The position numbers and the translations under genes were made by a program. From Mytilus trossulus (lineage: Eukaryota), in NCBI RefSeq assembly GCF_036588685.1, contig NC_086378.1, positions 16,244,001 through 16,308,000 of the forward strand: a DNA stretch of 64,000 bases, read 5' to 3'. How positions within the stretch are numbered: the first letter of the stretch is position 1; the number at the start of each line of letters is the position of its first letter. This document shows positions 26,811-39,125 of the stretch, piece after piece. The notes beneath the pieces were generated by a model. That model was not told the DNA's origin, made no database searches, and saw only the letters and a list, made by a program, of their open reading frames with translations.

Positions 26811-27615
26811 CTGAAAGCAAAGAAATAAAATATTTTGAGAAAATATATAGAAATAAGCGTTAAATTAAAATAATACATAGAATTAAAGATATTTTTTTAG
26901 TTATTTCTTTTTAAGAACTGTTTCATTTCTCATTACAATATATCAATGATTCGCACCTACCACAAAGGCCCTGGTAAACTATTATCATAACTTGTTGGCT
27001 GTCATGTTTTTTCATCTTTATTATATAGTACAGTGACCAGACCCAATAGTTTTTAGATTTAATCGTCAAACATACTATAATGCTGTATTATATATCATTG
27101 GATTCGGTAAAATGAGTATTATTGAAATATCGATGTCGTCAAAAAGAAATGTGGTAACAGTTTTGCATAAAATGAGGTCAAAGATCAAATTCTGTTTTTA
27201 TTTTTTTCTTCCATACTTTCAAAATTGGAAGAAATATAAAACAAGTTAGGTTTAATTCTAGATACAGACATTTTCTTATATCTATTATCAATGAATTATC
27301 CTCAAAATGTTAAAAAAATGAATAGGAAATCGATTTTTTCCTGGAAATTGGCGTTTTTCAAATACTTGTTCTATAACACAAGATCAACACATATTCTGTT
27401 AAAATTACAATAGTTACCTTGCCGGCTGACATTCAACCTTAATCAATAAATTGTAAATATTATATTTACCTGCATCCTAGTGTCATGAAGGCATATTTTA
27501 CATAAGATCATTAAAATTCATGAATTCATTAAAAAAAAGCACTCAATACTTCGCAAATTGTTACAACTCAACATTCAAATCAAAGAGATCCACACAAAAG
27601 AATTATATCTTCTGG

Positions 27616-29640
27616 TTAATTGTCTTGGAACAAGACTTGAAATTTTCTACATAATTCTGACCCTTTACATGACCAAAGCCCAGGACATGTAAGGTTTGTA
27701 GTGAACAAACATATGACTTTTTCAAATGCAGATTTTCCTTTCAATGAAGACACAAGATCCTGCAAGAATTCTGCTGAAATATGCCCTTTAAAATACACGG
27801 GATGTAATGCATCATTTTACTCTCGCCAACCGTATTCTAAAGATGACCGGATAGGGGTTTAGCAATGTGTAATGCGGTCAAATTTTTTTGTTTGAAACAA
27901 AGTACGTAAAACATACTGTTTCAGTGCCGTCTCGGAGGACGGTAACCTGGCTAAACGTACATTTTTACTAGTGGCAAACTTGAATAATTATTATAATTGA
28001 GTAGTTTTAAAGAGATAGTTTTTATCATAAACCTGTGAAATTATCTTTCATGCCAAAACAAGGGCTTCATCATTGTCAATATTACCGAAACTCTAAAAAC
28101 AACTGAAATAGTCGTGCGTGGCCTTCGATTTCTTGTAGACAGTTTGTATACCTACTCCAAACAGAGATGAAGTTGCGTCGCATCCGGTAGGTACATGTGC
28201 AGAAGGCAATACTATACAAATTGTTGTGGAAAGACAGACACATAGTTATTGAATGGATGAAAATCTCCGCCCATCATTTACACTGCTAATGTTCCACAAA
28301 TCGCTTGAATGGAACTATTTTATTTATAGTATCGAACTAACAGAAAAATTTAAATTGTATAAGAGGTCTGTTTGATTGTTCTTCCACTCTTTCATATTTC
28401 CCTAAACTCCGTGTCAACGTTTAAGGCATGGGGTATAAGCCTTCTCTTGAGTGCTGAACAAGGTACGACAGCCATGAACAGTGTTGGTATAAATAACTTT
28501 GACAATTTCGGAATTAACAAACGTTCTGACTATGTAAAGCTAACATCAGGTAGAATCTCATGGGGTGTGTCAATGTTTTCCAGTCAGGAATACTTCTCCG
28601 CTCTATAATATGATACACTGTGATGGAAGCTGCATGAAGTCTCTGTGCGGCGTTCCCTTTCGGCAGACTTTATTGAGTTGTTCGTGTCGAAGCGGTCAAA
28701 AACATGTGCTACTATGAGCGCTATAGAAATTCATTGGGACATGTTTTTTTAATAGTAAGCTGCAAGGTCGCCGTATGTTTTACCTTTTTTAGCACTAATA
28801 AATTGAACCAATGCCATATCATCTCTTATGTAAGTTGTGAGTGATGGTACAATGGAAGGTAGGGAAAGTGCACAAGAGACTTAACATTTCGAATTGCTTC
28901 ACAAATCCGACCTGCATGATTTTCTCATGGTGCCGTCATTTTGAAAAGGGGATAATGGAGAATGGGTGCGACAACACATGTTCTATGAACACATCCATCA
29001 TCTCTACATTTTGCCGAAATCAGTGCACGTCTAATCACAAGAAATGGATTTATGCAATATGAAAGTATTTCCCCCGATTTATTTGTAAGGTTTGTGTTTG
29101 ACTTTGATATTGGACTATACAAACTTCTTGTGATCTTAAGAAAGATCCCTAGTGATAACATGTTACGACATGTTCAAACCTTCATCGACAACTGTGAGCG
29201 AAGAACATCGAATATGTCTTAAAGCATGCATTTAAGTAGATATATTGATAATACATTGAGGGTGGGATTCCACATCAAAGGGATCAGTCATGGATCATTT
29301 AAATGGTTCACAATTGCAATAACATAACATGTTCTTCATCTGTTTTCATTGCTGTTGGCTTTGTTTCTTCTTGTGATTTGCATAATTTGCAGCAATTTCA
29401 TTCCTTTTCAGCATTACACGACTTATGGATTATATGAAATGTTTAGTAAGGGTCTAACAAGCGCAGACTTTTGATTTGTTATGCCTACAGTGCCACCAAA
29501 TCCCCTTGAGGCTTTTATAACGATCATTTCTGTTGCCATGTCATAGTTCTGTTAAAATGTCCAGGAATCTGTCTAAAAAGCAAAGTAGCCATCTATAAAA
29601 GGTGATCGAATGTTCTCAGAACATTGAAGCATATCAAGTA
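27616..29640 (-). pseudogene. Decayed AcademX-like transposase (XPG/FEN1-like nuclease plus Cys-rich C-terminus)
   Basis: Hand translation across frameshifts gives DMATEMIVIKASRGFGGTVGIT; MTDPFDVESHPQCIINIST; YIRDDMALVQ...GKTYGDLA...HVFDRFDTNNSIKSAERERR; STQEKAYT (EEADT-like); AHVPTGCDATSSLFGVG (H3TH GCD motif); LPSSETALKQYVLR; EYGW; and a Cys-rich tail NLTCPGLWSCKGSELC. Confidence 0.75.
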
Positions 29641-32269
29641 TCCACCTTAGTGCGGTACGGTTGGTTACAAAAATATAATGTTACATTTGAGATGACGATC
29701 TCAAGGAAGAAACCAATTTCCCTCACGTTCTGCTCTAAAATTTGACAGCTAAATGTCTACTACTTCAAGGAACGTATCTCAGGATATATGTAAATGAAAG
29801 TAATACAAAACATCCCAATTGCGTATATGTATATATAAGAGACTGTATATGAGCTTCGAATAGCTCCGTCATATGAGCGTTATGAATTTTGTCTTGCTTG
29901 AATTGCTGAAATAGTGCTTCTGAGACAAATGAGTTTTATATTATTGATTAATAAAGGTACACATGTATGAAATATCATATACATGTTAATTATTTTACAT
30001 TTTGCGTTAGAAAATTATTAAATTAAATTGGAACGTACTGTATTATATGCAAAGAATTCGTAGTGTTAAACTTTTACCAAAACTCTTTCATAACGAATTA
30101 GTTTTGCTAATCTTTATTTGAAATCATTAAAATAGCATGAATAAGGTGTAACAACAATGTATATAATAACAGAAATCATATCACGGATGTTATATTACAA
30201 TGTTGACCTCAAAACTTTTCTTAGTCCTTTTTTTCGTTCAAGTAAACTAACGTACTTCAACGTTCATTTAACGAAAATTGCACCGTGCGATTTTTTGACA
30301 AGCCAAAATGTTAAGTTTAACCTTTGAACTACCAATACTGTGATTTATAGCCGTATAGTTCGAATGACAATTAAACTCCTTAAATAAGCGACTTTTTCTT
30401 ACTCGGTCACCGTACTAGTAATCACACTAGTATATTATACATATTACAGGTTTGTACAAGTAGATATATATAAATAATTGATTTTAATTACTGTCACTTT
30501 TCCTAAAAAGAAAATCATATGAATACTCATTTACTCGAACTTATCACAATGTCATATAATTACACGTTAAGTTCTTTTTTTTTACATTTTAAATTAAGTA
30601 TACCAAAAAAACAACATTATTACTATTACCAGAAAGAAAGAAAAACACAAAATTTAAGCATACTCACATGTTCTATACAATAATTGTATTTAATCTTAAC
30701 AAAAAAACGGTTGGTTTCCAAACCCCAATTTTAATATATCATAAAAACTATAATTATATAAAGAATGTATGCAACATAAATTGTTTTCCCTACCACGTAT
30801 CTTTATTTCTATGCTTTTAGATAATCTTACAAAATTTGTTCATTTTAGTTAAAATATACTTATGTATGTAGAGTTTAAATGTGTGGTTTTTTTTTTAACA
30901 ATTTGTAACATAAATTTACCTTCCAAAATTAGTGTTTTGAAATTGAGCCCTTTTGATATCAAATGTGTACTTTTTATAATACTGTGTTGTTCCCGTGGGT
31001 TGCATACACTTCCGGACCTAATGTTGGCAAGGGCATATAAAATTGCTCCATTGGAGGTAATGACGTTGCTACAAATGTACATGTAACATTATACAACTAC
31101 TGATTTTTAATGAGGTCGATACAATGATTTATAAACCCCAGAGATTCACCGAGGCAAACGACTGAGTATGAACGTCATAAATGTATCTCTGAAGTTGATA
31201 ATTCAACTGAAAGCCAAATTTAACAATTGATTTATTATATGACATTTCATCTCTTTGCAATTTCTAGAATTGTCTCAAGATACTTTTAAAACTGCTTACT
31301 GTGTTTATATTGAATAACACATTTTTAGCTTTTGGCATTTGCTAAGTTTAAATTTTCAATAGTCTAAGAGTTAAAGTAAAGTAATATATTAATATAACAA
31401 TCAATTTTGAGGTATTAAAAGTACCGATATATTAATATATATTTTTTAGATCATATTGATATAACTATAGACTTAAAGAAAATATGATAGAGCTTTCAAT
31501 CTATATAAAACTGTTCATCCTTAAGTTTCAAAATATCAGATTATCAGAAATAAAATTGTATAATATTAAAAAAAAAAAGGTAAATTTTCAGCACTGCTTT
31601 TAATGCAACATCAAATATTGCGAGTTTAAAGTAACATGACTTGTGTTCACATTTATATCTTACAATCCATCCTGATTTATGCAAAAGTACTCACATATGA
31701 GTCTGGGACAAGAATATTATTGAATAGAAAATAAATATAGACACTTTTGATTGTTATCTATGGAAGCTGGTTAGTGTCAGGGTTGATTTTTATATTTAAG
31801 TCGTTATAACGACTAAGCTAAGTTGTTATAACGACTTGTTATCAATATAAATTGAGGTACCATAGACTTGAAGAGATCGATCTTACTTTGTGTAAAATCA
31901 TTCATCCTTGAGACTAACGAGTTCTTTGTATGTACTAGTCCGAAGTCATGAATCTCTTGTTCGGTTGTTGTTTTTTTTCTGAAGCTAATGAGTGTTTCTT
32001 GTTTTTTCGGTTTCTGTACAGATTAGAACGTTGTTGAACCTGTTGAAATTATTTGACATTAGTCATTAGGGGCCCGTTAAAGCTTAGTGCTGAATATGAC
32101 TCAGACGGGGAGTTTTCTCATTAGCACTCATACCAGATCTTCCTAATATTATTAGGATCTTATTTACTTTTCCGTTGAATTTAACTTTTTTTCTAGAACT
32201 GATCGTTGCTGTAAAAACTAAGATTGAAATACACAATGAGATAGCATAAATAGTTAATTGCTTTCTTAC

Positions 32270-32333
32270 CATCTGATAATCCACAAGTGATAACATGGAT
32301 TATGAACATACACATTAAAATATTTGCGTCCAT
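32270..32333 (-). CDS. Ig gene exon 1 (signal peptide)
   Basis: gcaaaATGG context. MDANILMCMFIIHVITCGLSD + G|gtaaga, 64 nt, phase 1. It splices in frame to exon 2 to give ...GLSDA/INLT, a plausible signal-peptidase site. Confidence 0.8.
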
Positions 32334-34423
32334 TTTGCAACTCACTTCCTTGTCGATCACATCTATTTTGACAGGTATTTTTTTCAATACACATATCCAT
32401 TTACGAACAAGCCGTTTGATCTTAAAATAATTGAAATTTTGTAAGAATCGTTTATATTTTATTTCTTGAAATGAAATTCGAATCATACGAAACTTTTAAT
32501 GAATTAAGATTTATCGGGTATGGAAAGTGAAATAGTATATAAATAAAGATAGCAAACGAATATATATTAAATAGAAATACATTTAATCAGTCATGTACAT
32601 TTATAAAACCTGTGCATATATAATCGTGTATAAAACATACACTATATTGCATTTAAAGCATCATATATGAACTGTAATGATTTCTGTACATTTCTGTTAG
32701 AATTACAAATACATAAGAGGATTATTTCGTTTATTAAAGTTTTAGCCATATTATCAATGATTTAAAAGAGTTGCACTTTAGACAAGTACGCTTATTAGAA
32801 GTAGGACATTTAAAAGACGTATCGTATTTTACACTATCTGACACGTTGACGTAGAAATGAAGAAGTTTTTGTTTTATTGACTCTTTGCGCGCATTTTAGA
32901 AGATGTTTACCTATTCAAGATGTCTGTTTGTCATGAATTCATTCTTTTTATTACATGATATATGGAACTACTTTAAAATGCAACACTCATTTTGTTGATT
33001 TTTTTACCAAGTCTTGTTTGATTCTTTTACAACTAGTTTTCATGCATATCATACTTCATTCTCTTTTAAAAAAAAATCAATATCTGACTTGACTATAGTT
33101 ATTTTACATACTGAATTTTTCATATCGCACGAATTTCTTAAAGCGTTTGGGACCCATAAAAGATTGTTTAAGGGTGTTTTTTTTGCACTTTGTGGAACAG
33201 TTCGTTCAATTCTTGGCCACACTTAAATCAGTTTGAAAATGTTGCATCTCCATATTGCCAAGGCTGGTGAATAAAAACAAAATGAATTACATAAGAATAC
33301 TGCAAACAGAAAAACATAAACGTGCTGCAATCATACTGTATGACATCGAAATCTCAGGATTAGGTGCTGACCGTCAATGACCAGATTAACGTGTAGTGAA
33401 AATGCAACGTGAATAAAATTAAATTACGCACCGTCATTTGTCCGACATGTTTACGGTCGCAACGCCAAATGCGTCCTGCGGAATTTCTCGTACTTGATCC
33501 GCTTGATAATTTCTAATAAGGGTGTTGGAAGGGATTTGAACAAGTAGTTAAAAAAGGATATAAATCCATGGTAACAGGAGGGCCAAATATATAACAGGAT
33601 AGACATACTTTGAAGAAAAGAAAAAATGTTACAGATATTTATTACCGTATGGTATATTAATTAATAAAATGTACATTTGTATTGGAGTATTTCTAGAACA
33701 AGTCAAGTGCTACTTTTACTGGTAACAGGATGGACAAAATTATTAATTGTGCAACTCTGATTTAGAATTTAGTTGCCGATATTACTGTACAGCTATTATT
33801 CGAACGTGTGACATATGATACGCATAGTTTCTTGTCAATACTCTTTGAATGCTTTACCCTTTGCAATTTGTACCTAAATGTTTTCTTGTATTTGAGGACA
33901 ATGATTTTCAAGGACCGGAGAAGATGTATGATATATTTAACCCATTTCTCTGACGTCAGTCTATTGTTCTAACGGTGTATTATTTTTTAAGAATCCACTG
34001 ATAACTATGTTAACTTAAGATAACTTATATCATAACTTTTAACTTACGATATTTTGTCTTCTCAAAAACGAGTGACTCTTATAGGTTCGAGCTAGCTCGT
34101 ATTTTCGACAGTTAAGTCTATAGTCTATGCATGATACCACTAGACCACGAGTACTGATATCAATTGACATTCAAAAATCACTATTAGAGCGTATATCTGT
34201 CAATGCATGTCAATAAACTGTAGTTCTGACGTACATAATTTTTCTGACGTCAGACACTCAAATCAATCTATGTGTTCGTAGAGAGTAGATGTTTTTGTGT
34301 CCTATTAAATTGTTCCTTTTAAAATTTTTATACGATGATGACTGATGTACCCATATTTTGACTATTTTATTTATTGTGACTGTTTATTTAACGCATCATG
34401 TAAATGTAGCGGAATTTGATGAG

Positions 34424-34521
34424 ACTGTTATTACAGTGAGAGGGTTAGCGCTATAGAACCAGGTTTAAGCCACCATTTTCTACATTTCAAAATGACTGTA
34501 CCAAGTCAGGAATATGACAGT
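34424..34521 (+). ncRNA. Twister-like ribozyme motif, P5-type permutation, second repeat family (host repeat about 34230-34640)
   Basis: Closing stem ACTGTTAT/ATGACAGT encloses GAGAGGG ... TTTAAGCCACC, a CATTTT/AAAATG hairpin (P3) and CTG-TACCAAGT-CAG (P4/L4). Confidence 0.6.
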
Positions 34522-36472
34522 TCTTGTCCATTCGTTTTTGATGCGTTTTGTTTTTTGATTTTGCCATGTGATTATGGACTTTCCAAATTGATTTTCCTCT
34601 GAGTTCAGTATTTTTGTGATTTTACTTTTTGTTATCTAATGAAATATGTAAACACTATAAAATCAAGGAACTGTAAATATTACCTACTAGTACAATTCCT
34701 TGATAAAAAAAAAACATCCATCTACACATTACACTTATCCTTATTAAGGTACAAGGCCTTTTCTTTTTCATCATCTTTTGGTTTTATGATTATAATGATA
34801 TCATACTATGATCACTTAATATTTGTTTGATTATAAATGGTCAAAATATACATCAACATTTAGCTGACTCTTATGTGAATAAAGTGTGATTAAATACGAC
34901 TGTAATTACTGTGCAACCAGAAACAAAATCGTCAACTTTAGAGTAAAAATGAAATATATATACCTCTAAGATTTAAAACAATATTTTGGTAGAGAAAAAC
35001 ATTACAAAAAAAAAATCATTCCGGGTACTGAACTTGAACTTGGCACTGTAATATCACAGTCGTTTGTTTCGGAGCTAACGAGTAGACGATTAAGGCTATG
35101 AACAGCTTATATGACATAATGCAAAATTGACATAATTATATATTGTACATTTGAAACAAAAGCAATTCTGCTTGAGTTTTAGGATGCGAACCACAAATAA
35201 TACTAGTTCATCAACTGATTGACGATGGATGACAAATGCAATAACGTTAAAAAAAATCAAAACAAAATAAAAAAATGAAACCAGTTTAAACAAAACGTAT
35301 ATTTAATATTTCAATTATGACCAACCATAGTATCTATTGTATCAACAACTGCTGAAGTGGTGTAGCAATTTTACCTGACCATATCGGGAAATAGGTATTT
35401 AGTCGGATCTCACGTACTTGTGATTTGGTTAAAACCGGTTTTGTTATAAATATACGAAGAAATGTCGGAATGTTCAGGACTTAATTAAATCCGTATTTCT
35501 GTAGGAAGATGCTAGCATACGATTTTTATTGCGTCCTACACTTTGAGAAGCGAATAATCTTTAACTACTTTATTCAAATATTGTGTAAAAACGTTAATTT
35601 TGAGCATTGAAAGTCAAGTGGCTCGAGCATTTTTCTGAGGAAGTTTAAAAAACTGCAAAAAAATATTTTTACAGTGGGTTAGCTTTCATTAGTCATCACT
35701 TTCTATAGATTAACAACTGTTGGTTATATTTATAATTTAGAATCATCATTGAAGGTTGCGGACGATTGCGCAGTTAAAATATTCTATTGATGTGCCATTC
35801 GTATGCAAGAGTGACATTTCGTTGTATTATGCGTCAAATCGAAAAAGTTATGCGAGTATTCTCTCCCCTTAACAGGTTCATTTTTTTATAATTAAGTTTA
35901 CGTTTCTGATATAATTTTGAATAATTACAAAGTGTATCAATTCAATATATTTCAGTTTTTGTTATTGGTGTATCAAAAACATTTATGTACGAATATAATT
36001 TCATAAATTTGAAACGTTTAAAATGATTACCTACCAATATAAAGAATCGTTCATCATTTTTGAAAAAGACTAAGAATGTAAATCGAATTAATTATCTTCT
36101 CTTGATGATAGATTGATTGGGAAATGAACCAGCGTTATCTAATGGTAATCATAGAGAGGGACCGGCAAGAAAATTTTAATTGCAGCTGAATCAACGTTAA
36201 AACTATGCCCCACTATAAACGAATGTTACTTCATACAAATATAAGAACTTAGTTAGCTAAATCTACATTTTTTTTTTTAGATATTATGATTTTTTATTGC
36301 AATAGATTAATATGCTAAGTGATGTTAATGTCAATATTACACTTTATTTAGTTTTAAAATGTGTATAGATTGTGTGTTAGGTTTTGTTAAGCTTTATTAT
36401 TGAATGTGTGTACTAAATTCAATCAAACGGGCCCTTGGTTTCAACTTAAGATTGCGAAAAACTATATATATA

Positions 36473-37090
36473 CTAGAACACACCCGTGATATTACGGGTC
36501 CGTGACTGGTTAAAGTATATAACTATGCGCAAACCTTATTTAAGTATTAGTATTGTCATCTGATAAAGTCATGCCGATTATAAGATACACAGTTTTTCTC
36601 TGCTTTCAAATCTTTCTGTTTGAACCCGTCGAACTGGAAGTTATCAATCATTGGTAATATTAATTATTTGGAAAACAAAAGGTCCTGGAATGGAGTATTT
36701 TTTAATCAACAGCATTGTCCTATATTAGTTATAAAGAAAGTTAAATTCTTTGATTCGCTGTTTTACGTCATGCCCTCTAACAAATTGAAGTGCATATTGT
36801 CTATTAATCCTGAATACACCGTTTGGTGGTGCGCCTGTCAGATGCGGAACGTACAGATAAGGAAATAGGTAACAGGTGAATATACTATTGGTATCGGTAT
36901 CGGACTCGACACGGAACTTCTTAATTATTGGCAATATTAATTACGTGGAAAACAAAGGGGCCTGGAGTGGTGTATTTTTTAATCTACACCTTTGTACTAT
37001 ATTAGTTATATATAAAGTTGAATTCTGTGATTCGTCGTTTTTACGTGATGACGGCTGACAAATTGGACCTCATAATTTTAGTATTATAGA
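36473..37090 (-). mobile_element. Canonical non-autonomous Helitron (618 bp)
   Basis: The minus strand starts TCTATAATACT and ends with hairpin ACCCGT-AATATC-ACGGGT followed by GTGTT-CTAG. It is inserted between A and T with no TSD and has an internal ~280-bp-period duplication. Confidence 0.9.
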
Positions 37091-37959
37091 TATGTAAATA
37101 TTAAAGGTTTTAAAATGTTGGTAATTAAAAAGTTTTAACTTTCCATAAAAGATTTAAAAAAATCCATATTTTAGTTATATGTCTATTTAAATGAATTATA
37201 AATAATAAAATCTAATCAATATAAATTATTTGTAAAAATTCAACATTGAATTAATTAATCATTTACAAATACAATATCTGGTAACAAAAAGGGAAGATAA
37301 CTACACATTTAAGTTAAATTGAACTTATATTAAGTTTAATATAAATGTGAACCGTGTGGATCTAGTCAGTTCTAGCTATTATACAATAAAAAAGACAAAA
37401 TACGGAATTATTTTCATGAAATTCAGCTGATTCATTGTTAGATCATGAACAGATAGTCGTTTTACTAGGATTGGGTTAAGCTAGAGAATTGATAGGAAGT
37501 AGTGGATTCAAAAACGATAATCAAATCGCGACTAAAGTTCTCTAATTCATAATATCAGCAGGACCAAAACAGGGTACTTTTAATGCAATGGTAAGTATAC
37601 GAAAACCAGCCGAAAATATAGTTCAGCGGATTTTCTTCAAACTGTTTGATTTGAAATAGTAATGTTGGTGTCGGTTTTGTTATGGACGATTACAACTTTG
37701 TATCCGCTGTTGCTTTGCCGACTTAAATGGATTGTAATATTTTTAACATTTTTTTCTCGCCTGATACACGTCTTTAATATCCAATTGAATACATGTGCGT
37801 GTAAACTTTGTGTTGAAATAACCAAAGTCGCAGTGAGAGATTACGGGCCGTTCCTGTGTTGGAACACCGCTTTTCCTGCTGATCAATTAATGCTTTTAAT
37901 GGGGGCATATGGTACCCCCTTTAAATTTCTTTATCTTGGGTTAGAATCCCAGTTGGAAA

Positions 37960-38525
37960 ATGTCTGGATGAAACCATGCGTCGTCAGTGCACTTACAATT
38001 TCATGAAAAAAGTACTAGCCTCGAAACATGGATTAAGCTAACGTTTCGAGCATACTTGTTCACGGGGGGAAAATATCGACTCCTCCCAAAAAAAATCCCG
38101 GCCATACTAAATGATTTCCAAGATCTCTATTATAATTATTGCATAAAAGAAAATCACTATTTTAATAGTTGTGAATTGTTTTTCTATTGGAACCAAAAAC
38201 ATAGACAAAAGTGTCCTAGTCAGGAAAATAAAAGATTTCAAAATTATATCGAGCAGCAAGGAAAATTTTGTGAAGAATAAATAGCTCAAAAACACCCGTC
38301 TGCTGAATCAAACCATGCGTAGTCAGTGCACGTACAATTTCATAAAAAATCTACCAGTCTCGGAACATGGACTAAGCTAACGTTTCGAGCATACTTGTTC
38401 ACGGGGGATAACTATCGACCCCCCCCCCAAAAAAAAAAATCCCGGTCATATTTCCAAGATCTCTATTATAATTATTGTATAAAAGAAAAACATTATTCTA
38501 ATAGTTGTGAACCCGTCTGCTGTAT
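37960..38525. repeat. Tandem duplication, ~340-bp period
   Basis: AAACCATGCGT.GTCAGTGCAC...AAGCTAACGTTTCGAGCATACTTGTTCACGGGGGA...TTTCCAAGATCTCTATTATAATTATTG at about 37971 and 38310. Confidence 0.85.
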
Positions 38526-38824
38526 TTTCTCATTCTATTTAAACTAACATAAAAGAGAGCAAGTATGTCTTAGCATAAACATGCTAACGTGCACCAGGGT
38601 TGATTGCATCTTTCCTAACACGTTTATTAGCAATTGTCCCAAACTAGCCACTGCAATGACAATTGCAATACCTGGTGTGTCTCATGTTAAATTTATTTTT
38701 TATAATATTGTTCCTTGCAGATCATTCCATCCTACTTCATATAATTACAGCATTTTCAACCTGGATAACACTTTATACAATAATTAACATGATTAATGTC
38801 AACATATTGCTGCTAATATATTAG

Positions 38825-39125
38825 AAACAAGGATGTGTCAAAAGTACACAGATGCCCCACTGGCACTATCATTTTCCATGTTCCACGGACCGTGAAATTG
38901 GGTCAAAATCTAATTTGGTTTTAAAATTATAAAGATCATATCATAAGCAACAAGTGTATTAAGTTTCAAGTTGATTGAACTTCAGTTTCATCAAAAACTA
39001 CCTTGACCAAACACTTTAACCTGCGGACGTACGACCGAATGGACGGACGGACGGACGGACGAACAAACGGATTCAAAATCCAGAAAACATAATGCCCCTC
39101 TACTATCGTAGGTGGGGAATAAAAA
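38825..39125 (-). mobile_element. Short HINE/DINE-1-like element
   Basis: AAACAAG..TGTGT/ACACA hairpin, sub-TIR ATGCCCCAC...GTGGGGAAT, one core unit and a (GGAC)n microsatellite at 39040-39062. Confidence 0.8.

Noticed and set aside
30668-30672. Possible microexon (tag|AACAT|gtgagt) in Ig intron 1
   Set aside because: Five nucleotides would break the frame that exon 1 and exon 2 already share.
35010-35090. tRNA or tRNA-SINE-like B-box (GTTCAAG on the minus strand)
   Set aside because: No cloverleaf or A-box could be built.
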